A DNA stretch of 62,978 nucleotides, filler included, from Hyphochytrium catenoides (lineage: Eukaryota > Protista > Hyphochytriomycota), in NCBI GenBank assembly GCA_900088475.1. It is 9 parts of 9 records of this genome, joined end to end, with 100 filler letters (N's around TTAATTAATTAA, not from the genome) between each part and the next. Parts side by side here need not be neighbours in the genome. Positions count along the whole stretch, not along the records: positions 33,731 to 41,839 come from FLMG01000244.1; positions 41,940 to 48,187 come from FLMG01002668.1; 7 more parts are not named here. The stretch is one strand, 5' to 3'. The notes under the pieces were generated by a model. That model worked only from the letters and a program-made list of their open reading frames with translations. It was not told where the DNA came from and ran no database searches. A program made the position numbers and the translations under genes. Every line of letters begins with the position of its first letter. The stretch's first letter is position 1. Positions 35,551 through 48,287 of this stretch are shown here, one piece after another.

Positions 35551-38500
35551 ATGGCAGGGAAGGGCCCCCTAGCGGCGCCATTATCCCGTCGTCTTCGGTT
35601 CATGTTATCCTCGCTGAGAGGACCAACGTTGTGGGCCTGTAGGAGAACGTTGAGGGCTCCATCGTTTTCGCTTCTGAGCGTCCGGGGCACCTCTAGAGCC
35701 TTCTTCTCACCTTCTCTACAGTGCCCCAAGGCTCCTGCGGGTATCTCCGTCAACTCTGCAGAAGATAATGCCACAGGGACTAAGGCAGCGAAGAGCACTA
35801 TGGGGCCGGTATGACAATGATTCTGGGGTAAAGTGTGTATATGACAATCTGACCTGCATCTTTGAAGAGTGCGCGCCAGAAGCTCGAGAAGCTTGTCAGG
35901 GCGATCAAGCGGTACAAAGAGCTTTATGGTGACGTCAATCCTCCTTTTAGGTTTACCATTCCCACAGATGAGGGAGCGGAAGCCTGGCCAGAAGATCTCC
36001 GTGGCATGAAGCTCGGCCGTCGGATCTCTAATGTGAGGTGAGATGGCAGAGCCAATTTCTCCCAACTTTTGCATACAGCAAAGCTTACCGAGCTTGGTCC
36101 AAGGGTTCGTGGATGCTTCTCAAAAAATCCGGAGGCAGTGCAAGCCTTAAGAGACCTGGGCGTCACTTGGATTGACACGGAGTTTCTCGAGACCAATCAT
36201 GACCTGATAGTAGAGGCAGTGCAGACTTATGTCAAGCTCTATGGACAAGCGTTCGTGCTGAAAAACTTCACGGTTCCATCTGCTGAAGAGGAAGGCGGTA
36301 AGAAAGGGAAGTGGCAAAGAATATCGTTAGAAAAGAGCTTGTGTACAGTGAAAGAAGGTCAATATGTGAATGTACCGATACTTCGACATCTATTATAATG
36401 GCTGAAGGAGGTAGCCAAGGAGCCTCTTCTGGGACCAGGGCGGCAACCTCTACCTTTCCCTAGTCCGCCTAACGCCGTCTTACTTCTAGCATCCTTGTGG
36501 CCCAAGCATCTTCGCGGAATGAAGCTAGGTGCTATACTGCGGAAGTATCGCTACATTCAGCATCTTGTGCCGCAGGAGCGACGAAAACAGTTAGAAGAGC
36601 TAGGCTTTGACTGGGATCAAGCAGGGGGTCATACCCTGACCAGAATTCTTCCAGCCTTCGCCAGATATAGAGAGCTATACGGCACGAATAAGGTTGGCCA
36701 GCATCGGTGTTGATGGGGTCCCGGGGTGGGCCTCTTGCCTCTCAGGCCCCTCCCTTTCTTGTTACATTTCGTTGATTCCCCGTCTATCTTTTATACCTAT
36801 CAGGTGCCACGAGACTTTGTTGTTCCAAATGATCATACCCGATGGCCTATGGTCAGAACACATGGATTGGACTTAGGCGAAAAGATCTACCAAATTCGAA
36901 ACAATTTGAAGTATGTCAGGCAGTTTCCGACTTTCGTGCTTAAGCTCCATGACGCGGGACTCACATGGGATCGGGAGCCCGAGGACTGTGGCGGGGAAGA
37001 GGATGACCTAGAGACGGAGGAAAGTGTTTGGGAGACCTCTTCGGGAGCTCGACCTGGGGAAGCCCCATTCTCCATAGAAGACTTGAAAGCCGTTCTTGTC
37101 CTTCATAGGCGGCGGTATGGAGATACTACTATTGACCTCAATTTTGTCGTGCCACCTCCTGAACCCGACTACCGTTGGCCAGCCCATCTAACTGGCTTTC
37201 CGCTGGGCCGTCGATTGAAGAGCACACGTTTCGGCCGTGCTGCAATGGTAGAACTATTGCGCAATCACATAGATTTCGCCAGAGATTTGGGTTTTGCTTG
37301 GATCCAACCTAAAGTGAAGCCGATCCCTAGTAGGGAGCAGCAGTATGAGGCTTTAGCGATGTTTAAGCAGCGCCACGGTCATCTAATGGTTCCAAAGGGC
37401 TTCATCATCCCATACAACGCTGACTATCCCCCACATCTACATGGCTTGAACCTTGGCAACGCTGTGCGGCTTCTGCGGCGATCGCGATCGGCCTTGCCGC
37501 CTTCGCTTGCGAAGCAGCTAGACGCTTTGGGCTTTCAGTGGGACGGGACAGACATAGCACAAGGAGAGGTGACAAATCGCTTATTTGATAAGTTTTTAAG
37601 GGCGCTGAAGGAATATCAGTCAGTTCATGGTAGGACCGAGAGGCCCTTGCGTTGTGATACGAATCTGTCGTCTCGCTTTTTGTTCGTTGCTCTCCAAGCA
37701 CATTTAAACCCTCAGTACCCTGACATTCCTTGCACGACCGCATCTCTCTTTCCCTCTCTTTTCTTGTCGTCGTCAACGGACACTAACACTAGGAGACGAA
37801 ACTCAAACTTTCCCTCTTTAAAAAACATTCTTTCTGGGCAGGTCATCTCAACATTCCGGTAACATACGTGGTCCCCGCCACAGCAGATTTCTCTCCGTAC
37901 TTTCACGGCTATTATCTAGGACTCTCTTTCAAGTTTGCCCGGAGAGGCTCTCGCTTCACCGGGCCATCAGAGAGACGCCGCTTGATTGCCGAGTTTGGCT
38001 CAGTGTTTGAGGATGACTACGAGATGTTTTTCTCAGCATTGAAGGAGTACAAGGCAGCATTCGGTACGTGAAGTACATATCGCCAAAGAAAGCTACATGT
38101 TAGTCCATTGCTGGGGTACAACGAGGATCGAGCAGGAAGAGGGAAGGGTGTATGTGACACATCAGAACTTGATAATGGAGGTCGGTAGATAGAGCTGTTC
38201 AATCTCATGATGGAGGCGGCGTTCTCAAAGGCTTACTCTCCTCCCTTACTCAGGCAACTTGGAGATCCCACCTGACTTCGTGATTCCGGAGGGAAGCAGC
38301 AGCTTTTCCCAACATCTCCACGGCTATACGCTTGGCAATGCGCTCGCGTTGGTAATGGATGGTAGAAGGTCTTACTCTTCCCATAGGCGCAATGAGATAA
38401 GGGCTTTAGGACTGGATCTCCCTCCTTCACGGCGTAGCGAAGGACCTTCTGAGCGGCCCCACTTCAAGCGGTTTGTTAAGGCGCTGACAGAGTTCAAGCA

Positions 38501-39415
38501 GACTCATGGTTGGTGTTAGTCGGCGGATTTGCCGACATCCTTTACCCTTCTTTCTTCCGAATTCTCTAATATCTCTATCCCCGTATTATTAGCTTACAGG
38601 CTTTGCCATTGCACCTTGACTACCATATCAGAGAAACTATTTAGTATTAGCTCGCATGCATCTCAAACCTTTCTGGTGTAACTTCCTAGTACTTCATCCT
38701 CTATTCTGTCTGATTTCTGACTCGGCACGATTGACCGTAGGCCACGTCGAAGTTCCGCCGCGATATCTGGTACCTGAAAACACCTCTTTCTCGGTAGACT
38801 TGCATGGTATGAAGCTTGGCGCCATAGCTGCTTTGGCTCGGCAAGGTCTGGCCTTTAGGAACCAGTCAGAACGTGCGCTGCTAGCCGAGCTTGGTTTTTA
38901 TACCTCAAACAAGTTCCGCACACGCTTCGAAGTTTTCTTGACTGCGATGTCGGAGTACAAAGCACTATACGGTAAGACAGCAGCCGCATAACCCTATGAA
39001 TCGTTTATAATTTCCGGGAAACATCTAGGTCTCTACCTCCGCCAAGTCATCTCTATTGGCGTATAGAAGAGCGCCTACGCCTACTATCCGTGTTGTTACT
39101 ATCAGCTACATGTTTGGCTCACTTTAGAGTCACTGCGCTCACTGTCTAATGCCTTACTTATCTACGCCGCCGTTCTTCACCTGTCTTTCAGGTCACCTAA
39201 ACATTCCTCATTTCTACGTCATCCCGGAGGATCCTCGGTTCTCGAAAGAGTTGCATGCGTACGAGCTTGGGGAGGTAGTTCGACAAGTCAGACGAGGAAG
39301 TAACTTCAGCCAGCCATACGAGAGACTGCAGTTAGCCATGATCGGCTTCTCTGCAGATGAGACGTCCACTGAAGTTGAGGAACCAGCGAACGGACCAGTA
39401 AACACGCAATCGTGA
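35551..39415 (+). CDS. Helicase-associated (HA) domain repeat protein, nine repeats, multi-exon, with putative mitochondrial transit peptide
   Basis: Repeat consensus AL..YK..(Y/H)G.L.(V/I)P..F.(V/I)P.....(W/F)P..L.G..LG......R.........L..LGF.W seen nine times across exons; Arg/Ser/Leu-rich N-terminus lacking acidic residues. Confidence 0.85.
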
Positions 39416-39829
39416 CGTTAGGGGACAATACTAAGCACAAGAGTTATCAGTACGACGTCCATGGGACCTTAAGTTCGCTCATCTGCTCCACGTGAAGTGC
39501 TCTTACATACCATCGCTCAACTTTTTAACCCAAGAGGTAGACCTAAGCTTCAAATCAGTTCAAAAATAGGGGCAAAGATCATACCAGAGCATGATGAAAG
39601 AGAATCCATAGCATCGCCAAATGAGTAGCCTAAGAACCGAACTTCTTGAATTTGAGTTGTAAGCTTTTGACTAGGCTAATAGAGCTTGGATGCTCACTAC
39701 ACACTGATGCGTGACGCCAAGCCTAGGGTTATGCGCTTGTAGCGCCTTACTCGGGAAAGGATAAGAAGCCTGTGTGCTTGGAGGAAGAACGCGCGCCTCT
39801 ACTCATCACAACTGCCAGAGAAAGCTGAA

Positions 39830-41839
39830 TTATTTTCGGGATTTTTCAATGGCTCTTGAAGCCGCCCCAAGCCCTTTGCCAGCTCCTTTCTTCAATGCTG
39901 TCGGCTGGAGAAGACAACGTGAGTGGACAATCAAGGAAGAAGATGACTTGGCAAGACGCCATTTTATTGCCAACTTTGAAGAAGCAGAACTGTAGACAAG
40001 AGCAGTTCGCGGTATGAGAGGGGCTGAACTACAAAGAAGGCGAAACTGTCTGGACTGAGGAAGCTGTACGACAAAGATAGAGAATGAGTCCAAGCGCAAG
40101 CTACATACCCTAGCCTTAATGTCAGCACACTTGGGAATGTGCCGCTCCGCTGCCTTCTCGTTAAACCTTCGGCCACAATTAGGGCAAAGGATAAGGGATG
40201 GATCCGGCGCCGAGGGGACAGGCGGTGGAAGTTCTCTGCGGAGGACAAGGGGAGACTGAGCAAGACCTCGAAGTCAAAGGCATTTGATTAAGGAGCAAAT
40301 GGAGCTGTTAAAAGCAGCGAAGACGGACGTCAAGGAAGGGCTCCCGTGCAGTATCTTCAGTAGTAGGCAGGCACCTCCTCTCTTCTAACATCACTCACCT
40401 TCCTTCCTTTAGCGCTTGTGTCACCTCTTTGCTACCTTTCAACATATTTCGGAAAGCGCTGGACTGTTCCTTCCAGCTGGAAGATTTCTTTTCAACTACA
40501 GACGGGAGTTTCGAAGATAAGAGTTAAGGCAGATAAAGTGGATGTATCAGTGGAAATTGAAGCTACGAGGAAAGGGACAAGCTCGCCAATGACAGAATGC
40601 AGTAGCGGTGTAAATGTGAGCATCCCTGTAGAGCTAATGCTGAGGCTGGAACAGATAATGGCCATAAAAGAGAGCCACGGAGACAAAGAGCGAGACAGCG
40701 CACTAAAAAGATTGAAAGCCAACAAGAAGTCTAGCCTTTCACTTAGACAATCATACTTTTCTGACTATCAGCTCCGGCCTTCTTCTTAGCTCCCCCAGCC
40801 GAGGCCTTCGGTGGCGCCACTGGATTCCCGTTCTCGTCCTTCAGTTCACCTAAGCGTTTATCCTAGGAACACCACTTCTCAGTTACCCTACAGATCTGAC
40901 TTGATGCAATCTTCCCCTATGCTGCGATTCTGTTCTTCCCGAACCATTCACATCATGCCCTCGTACGACTATCGGGCCGTTCCCTTCGTCCATCTTTCTC
41001 TTTCTTATCCTTTCGTCTAAGCTGCATGATCCTTACCGACATATCAATGGGCTTTCTCTTAGATAGGAAGACCTTCTTGCAAACTTTCTACGTTGAGGAT
41101 AATTAGGAGTTCAGTTCGATGTGGCTTATAGTGCAATGTATGACTGCTATTAGCTAGGGGAGAGCTCACTTCACAACTAAGAGGATGAACTGAGAACGAG
41201 AAAAGACAGAAACGGCAGACATCAGCTCGATAAGTTCAGATAAGGCAGCGAGCTGGTAAGGAGTTACTGAGAGTGCGTGTCAAGACTAGAAAGCCCATCA
41301 AAGAGTAGCCAGGAGGTATGTAGTGAGACTCGCAACCGCGTCCGTCTTACCTCATGCTTAGCGAAGACGTCTTCTTTGAAAGAACGACCACAGTCAGGGC
41401 ACTGAACGGTAGGCCCTATATCCTCGTATTCACCCTTATTGAGAGCAAGTGGGGGGGGGAGGGGGATGGTTAGCAAAACAATGGAATTGAAGCTGCTACG
41501 GTGGGATGGACTCTAGATCGGACTTTCTCAATATGCTGAAGAGCATCAACAGGTAGAATGGCCTAAAGTACTCCACTTGCTTTGGAGCTACCGAAGGTCA
41601 AATGCACCACCTAAAAAAGCAAGTAAAGAGAGATGAAGCGAAGGACACGCGAGAGATATAACGAAAGGCGAAGGCTGAATGGAGAGACGAGACGATCCGC
41701 TATAATATGATATTCTTTGGAAGCTCAATGGGGAACAAGTCAAAGCACCATAATTAGGGCGAGGGTGACTTGCCTCTTGTGGCTCAGCAAACTGTGCAGC
41801 ATGGGGTGGCACGGGCTGGCTCAGCGCAGCCTCCGCAGA
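39830..41839 (-). CDS. ZC2HC1-like C2HC zinc-finger protein, 5' end lost in the gap
   Basis: Exons give CPDCGRSFKEDVFAKHE-KVCKKVF, SWKEQSSAFRNML, DPSLILCPNCGRRFNEKAAERHIPKC and last exon PTALKKGAGKG...KSRK stop. Confidence 0.85.
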
Positions 41840-41939
41840 NNNNNNNNNNNNNNNNNNNNNNNNNNNNNNNNNNNNNNNNNNNNTTAATTAATTAANNNNN
41901 NNNNNNNNNNNNNNNNNNNNNNNNNNNNNNNNNNNNNNN

Positions 41940-42126
41940 CAGCTAACCTGGCGCTATAATAGGCTCATTCTGGAGGTGCCGAGGTTGTCTTTGAAAGAGC
42001 AAAGACGATAGTGTGTCCAGGATGTGGATGAGGAGCTCTGCAACAAAGACAAGAATAGATAAGTGAGAATGGGAAGAAGAAAACCTCAGCTAATCGTGAG
42101 AATGGGACGACGGCACAGCTAGAGAG

Positions 42127-42171
<45 letters not shown>

Positions 42172-42542
42172 GTGTGCGCGAGAGAGGGAAACATATATAT
42201 ATACAGGGAGCGAGAGAGACAAAGATAGCAAAAGAGAACCAGTCTACGAATAGGAGGAGGACTGATCCAGGAGAGAGAGTATCTAAAGCAGAACGTCATC
42301 CGGACTCGGACTCGAGACGCAGCAGGTGGCACAGGCTTACCCTCTGCCTCTTCGTCCACAGCTGCATATTGCCGTAAGGTGGCAATCAGTACCGAAGGGG
42401 CATCATGGGCAAAGAGAAGCGCTTTCGCTAAGTCATTTCCTACAACGACGTTCTTCAGATGCCTCGCGGCCTGTAGGTGCGCCCTAAAGGGCAACGTGGC
42501 ATCCTGGAGCTGCCTGAGAGCGCTTGAAAGTCGCTCCTCCAT
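41940..42542 (-). CDS. ARMC8/Vid28-like armadillo protein, N-terminal fragment (3' part lost in the gap)
   Basis: LQAARHLKNVVVGNDLAKALL resembles the ARMC8 N-terminal KNxxIGN motif; followed by a GT donor and a microsatellite intron. Confidence 0.55.
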
Positions 42543-43444
42543 GCCTTGGGTCTGCCTGACTCCTATGAGAGCAGTGATGAGGTCCGTCCTACCTCTCTAG
42601 GACTTGCCAAGTGGAAGAAGGGCTCTTCCCAGCTCTCAAGGTCCATCTCACGACTGAGGTTTGCTTTGTCCTTGACTCTTCTCTTTCCTCGCTCTTCCTT
42701 GGCTCTCACACCAGTGTACTTCCTAGAGGAAAGGTCAGAAATGGTGCTGATATCACTTCCCTGCTCGAGAGAGGTCCCGAGCGCCATCGTGTGGAGCTTC
42801 AACCTCATCTGGTCTCTCTTCTTACCCTCTCTCTCCCTCTTTTCCTCCCTCTCTCTCTCTCTCTCTTTTCTCTGTCTCTCTGTCTCTCTCTCTCTCACTC
42901 TCACTCTCACTCTCTCACTCTCTCTCTCTCTCACTGTCTCTCTCTCTTTTGCTCTTTCTCTCTCATTTCTATTCCCCGCCAACTCACTGTTTCTCTGTTG
43001 TCGACCTCTGTCTATCAATAATGTCTCTCTGTCTGCCTCGTTTCTCTCTGTCTTCTGTCTTCTCTCATATCACGCTTGTGATGTTCTCACTAACCGTTAC
43101 TGGCTATCTCTATCCGTTATCATGTCGCTTGGTGTCTTCGCGTCCTCTCTACCCAGGCGCTCAGGCGCCAGCGCCGCAGAAGTGAGCCATCAGCCGGCAA
43201 CCGCCTCGCCTGTCCAGTTCAAATCTCTGCGTCTTCTTCCTCTCGAGCTCCCCCACGACACTCCTTCTCCATCATCGTCACATCCTGTCGTGCGCGATCA
43301 CTGCCAGTGTCTCCTAGAAGGAAGCAGAATTCAGACAAGCTGGGCTTTTGAGGCTGGAGGACTAGCCAAAGAGTAACCCGGCGTCCTAACATTCTTGACT
43401 CAGGATAGCGACTTGGTTCAGTCCAAGCGCTATAGCGAGATCTC

Positions 43445-44823
43445 ATGGTGAGGAATGGAGGTCATAGTGCTTGGACGAGAGGGAGATTTTCCAAAGATGA
43501 GGGAGGTGTCCTAAGCTTATAATGAGCGAAATAAAGAAAACCACTTCGCGATGGCGGGGTCTCTATCTCTCCCAACTCCATCTTCTGCTCTACTAACCTT
43601 CTGATAACAGGACTCGTTAGCTGGAAGAGACCTTCCGCTGCCAGTACTGGAGCAGCTAAACCACCTCACATCTGTGGAAGACTGCAAAGAGTAAGTCGTC
43701 CTCTGTCCGTACTTCGGTCGACTTGAAACTCCGAACCACCTGCTTCGGTTTCTTGAGTCGGGTGGTACTATCTTCTTAACCCAAAGCTCTCGCCTCTACT
43801 CTTGTCTCTGGGTGGTACAGTTGAGATGTTTGATCATTGCTGGCCTCTCATTCTCTCACCTGACAACCTCCACCTCTCACCTCCTGTTTATTAATCCCTT
43901 GTCTTAGAGTTCTATCCCGACACCTGTCGCCTCAAGGCTATGATGACAGAAGACTAAAGATCCTGAAAGACTTCCACTTTTCCAACTATGTATATCCTTT
44001 CTCATCCTGCTTACGCTCTCGCATCGCTGTAGTTCCCAGTGCACCCGTTAAACCTGTGTGGGCGTCTTGCTTTCTCTATCTGGTTAGGCGAGCATTTACT
44101 TCCCCCTACAAACTGACCTGCACACTTCTCCGTCCCCACGTTCAACCATTCTAGCACAACCTTAACTTACTCCTACTTTCACGAAGGAAAATCAGTTCTC
44201 TCTATCGCAGGCGTCAGCCTTCCTGTCCATCATGAAGGCGGTGCTGCATCGTGACATGGAGACCCCAAATGACTGCTTGGAACAGAGCTTTAAGCACTTT
44301 AAGGACATCCTCTTCAGCCATAGTGTGGATAAGGCTCCAAAGAGGTAAAGTTTGCTGCATTCGCAGTTGGTGAGGCCTAGAAGGAGGAAGGCTGACTCGA
44401 CCCGGCCCTTTCCTTTGTTCATGTACCCTCAACCCCCTGATGAGCAGCATTCAAATCTTTTCCAGGGATCAGGTTGCCCGAATCTTGACCTACGTCACCA
44501 ATAGGTAATGCCATATGCTCCTGCACTTGTGTCGGTCCATCGTCTTTCCTTGTCTGGCCACTGCCTGTTGGGATAGGGTCACAAAAGTAAAATCAGCTCC
44601 ATCTTCTGCTTCCCAGTTTATAACCTTTCTGTTCTGCTCCTTCACCTCTTGCTTCCTCAGCTACTACCGGCACTTCATCCTCTACAAGTACATCTTCACT
44701 CCCCGTCAGCAACACCAGCTCATTCAAACAGATCCAGCCGGTATTGAGAGACCAAAAGTGGCTCCACCTCTGGGTTACGCTATAGAGATAGTGAAGGATG
44801 CAGTCCCACCATCTGCCTCGTAG
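43445..44823 (+). CDS. CFAP119/CCDC189-like (C1a-32) flagellar central-apparatus protein, multi-exon
   Basis: Exons give AFLSIMK, SFKHFKDILFSHSVDKAPK, SIQIFSRDQVARILTYVTN and SYYRHFILYKYIFTP. Confidence 0.8.
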
Positions 44824-45224
44824 TAAGAGTGGTTTGGCTGGCGAAGAAAGAGGAACCAAGCATGTTGACAACCCAGGCAAGGGATATACATATATATATC
44901 GTTAATATGAATGTGTACAGGATGGTGCTATATGGGCTTGTTGAGGTATGTAGTGAGACACGTAGCCTAATAAAGGCGCAGCGTGCAGGCACTTGACAGA
45001 ACGGGGTAATAAATGGTGGCCATCGGACCGCCAAGGTCAGGAGTCTGGCAGCAGCAATGGCGATTCGGCCTTGGAGGGAGAAAGTAAGCCCAAAAAGTAG
45101 GGGAAGAGAGATAATCAGACAAGCCCTTGCTACCCACACTTCAGAGGTAGCCTAGGGTCGCTTGTTCTCAAGTTTGTAAGGGGATCTTCTGGCCACTTTT
45201 GTGAGGAGTCAAGTGATGGGGAGG

Positions 45225-46746
45225 CTAGAGTAGTAGAGAATAAACAGTGTTGGGCGTGGTACTTCTGTCAATTTTGACGAGCCCATGCGCCACAAGACTA
45301 TAAATTGTCTGCAAGACGGTCCTATCGTCGCATGGAAGTGACTGTTGCTTGAGCCCGGATGAGATCTGTGCCTTGAGGTCGGTCATAGACATTTCTCCGG
45401 AGTTCTCATGAAGGATTCTGACGGTTAACGCTGTCTTATTGCCTTCTGCGCCTGCTGAGCACAGCATATTTTTCATGAGTCGCTGAAGAACTTCCTCGAT
45501 TTGTCTCTCCTCGTTGCGCTTCGAGTGGCTTGCTGCCAGGTTCCTCTCTGATTCCTCCACGAGGACTAGCTTAGACTGTAGCTCCTCGTTCTCATCATAC
45601 ATCTTGCGCAATTCAGTCTCCCGATTCTGTAGCTGTCCTGCCAGTTCTTCACATTCTTCCTGTTGAGCTTTGAGTCGAGTGGCTGTCAGAGAGATCTCTT
45701 GCTCTATATCCTCCTTACTCGTTGAGCACTCTGCTTCCGTACTGGTCGTCTCTTTGCTTACGGAAATCACCGAGTCCACGTCTTCAATCTGCGATAGAGC
45801 GGCAGACGTGAGCGTCCGGGACCATATTTACTATCATACAGTGTACTCACCTTCTTGGATAGCTCCTGGATAACTAACTTCATCTCGGATATAGCGGACA
45901 TAATGTTCGCACGCTGGGAGTCAAGCTCCTCTATTTCACTATGGGCAGTCGTCTTTCCTCTGAGGATATTGTCTGCCCGTTCCTCAAGGTCCGCACAATC
46001 CCCCACTGCTTTATTATAGGCTTCTTGGGTACTGGCTATGCAGCCACGTATCCTCTCACGTTCACGCTCAAACTCATTTGCCTCGTCTTCAAGTTGGCTC
46101 TGGATCTTCTGTTCTTGAAACTCCTTCCATGACCAAAGAGGGCATCAGATCAGCTGTATGGTGAACAAATGGCGGCTTGGAGGTGTATAGAGTACCGGAG
46201 TTGTGAAGTCAGCAAGTTTCTTTTTAAGGCTCTTGATTGAGGCTGACAGAGCGTTATGACGAGACTTAAGGTTGGCAATTCTTGTTTTCTCTTCTGCGAG
46301 TTCATACTCTTCGACTATTGCCTCCATGGTACTAAACAAGGCTTGCGCCTGAAGCACGGTATTAGATAGCTTGCCGGTATTGCAACAGTGAAGAATCGCA
46401 CCTTGAGCTTCTTCCGTGGCTGAAAAGCTCCTGCTCTGGATCTTGACGGTATTCCGACAATAACTGCATTGCCGGCCCTGTAGTTTTAGCCCCAAAAGAG
46501 CGCGATGAATAAGTGGTTGCCACCTGGTACTGACCTGAGTCTGGCTTCAGAGCTACATTGTCCTTTATCAGACCCTCTTCTAGAATTGACGCTTTGCGAA
46601 CCTAGACATGGATGTCAACGGTGCCTTTGGTTGCAGAAAGGGGCTAAACACTATACCTGGATAGAGTCGAGACCCAAGGAGGTGAACTCTTGCTCACCAA
46701 GCGCTCTAGAGGTCTCCGCGAGTCGGTTGCAAATATCCGCCAACAT
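45225..46746 (-). CDS. Coiled-coil protein with C-terminal winged-helix-like domain, multi-exon, unknown function
   Basis: Heptad-rich exons; last exon ends ILHENSGEMSMTDLK...LQTIYSLVAHGLVKIDRS..PNTVYSLL. Confidence 0.6.
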
Positions 46747-47345
46747 GTCTTCTATAGTCGTCTTTTACTTCTCCCTGTCCCACAAACAATTTGGTACTGG
46801 TTGTTCTTATGGGTCCTCCCACAAAACCCAATAATCTTCACTAATGAAGAATCTCTTTGAACCAAACTTTCACAGAATCTGCAAATGGAGATTGGAATTT
46901 CGAAAACTCGCAATTTCAAACACTGAACCTGATCAGAGGTAACATAGGTGTTTGCATGCAATTTTGATAAGCGTAGTTTTCAGTGATCAATCGTAGTGTA
47001 TTGATTATTGAGTGAAAGAATGAACAGAAACCATCGAATGTGGAAACGAAAGATTTAATTTACGGATTCGGGATAAATGTGCGAAATGCGAAATGAAGGA
47101 GAAGTGGTGATAGTTTGTGATCGCGGATGCCGCACCACGAAAATCTTCATGAATGTTTCTGATGATGATGATGATGTAGAAGCTCAGCAGCAGCAGTTCA
47201 GCTCAATGGTAGGGCTGTCGTGCTTCAATCGAGACAACTCTTCTGCCGCGTCATAGCCAAGGCACTCCATGCACTTTTGAAGGATTCTGCAGTTGAAACA
47301 CGACGAGAGGGCGAGGACAGGAACTCTACTTGCGGACATAATATC

Positions 47346-47880
47346 ATGATGCCGACGACAACAAGACCTCAACATCAGCAACAGGAAGGTGGTGTGATGG
47401 TAAACGATGATGCTGTGTGTTTGTGTGGGTCGCTTTCACCACGAAGACAATTGTAGTCGCTGTGGCGGACCCGGTATTGGCTATCATCAGTGTGGGGTAT
47501 GTGGTCACTACATACCTAACGCATCCAGAAGAGCAGAGTCTTGCCTCCATTGCAGGGAGAGGGATGACCTACTATCCCCTTCCTCTACTAGTAGGGAGAG
47601 TGCGGGCGGAGAAAGCGGGGAATACCACCACCACCACCACGAGCAGATCGTTGTAGCGATGGGACGGAATGCCGATCTGGGGGTCCTCGCTCGGGCCATG
47701 CACCCTGCTCCCGATGTAGACACTTCATCCCTAACTCGGCGCATACATGCCGATACTGTGGAAGCAACCGTGAAGCTGCTGGATGCGGTGTTTCTATGCG
47801 TGGTGGTGGAGGGGGGACTCGTCACCGCGACGAGGAGCACGACACCGACCTGCAACGCAATACTACTTCTTCGGTTATGA
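47346..47880 (+). CDS. Small Cys/His-rich zinc-ribbon-like ORF, possibly frameshifted
   Basis: CSRCGG, CGVCGH and CLHC motifs plus a poly-His run in ORF 47407-47880. Confidence 0.35.
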
Positions 47881-48287
47881 ATGGTCAAATACAACCTCCG
47901 CGAACCGCTTTGTGGACTATGAGACCTTCTCAGTCTCGAATGAGATATGCTGACAGACACGAATTTCGAGCCGTACCTACACTGAATTTGCATAACCGTT
48001 CTGAGAGTGAGGCTGAGAGACGCAGACAAAGGAGCATATGGACCGCACTTACAAGCGATGCTCAGCGCGATCCGAGACCACAAACTTCTGTGCTAAGCGC
48101 GAACCATAACTCCTTAGCCGTCGTAAATGCCATCAATCCCTGCTCTAACTTAGAAGAAAATCCAGATCCTTTATCGCAATTCGAGTCNNNNNNNNNNNNN
48201 NNNNNNNNNNNNNNNNNNNNNNNNNNNNNNNTTAATTAATTAANNNNNNNNNNNNNNNNNNNNNNNNNNNNNNNNNNNNNNNNNNNN

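Noticed and set aside
39849-40789. + strand ORF fragments (MALEAAPSP..., 40418-40789)
   Set aside because: They overlap the spliced ZC2HC1-like gene on the minus strand
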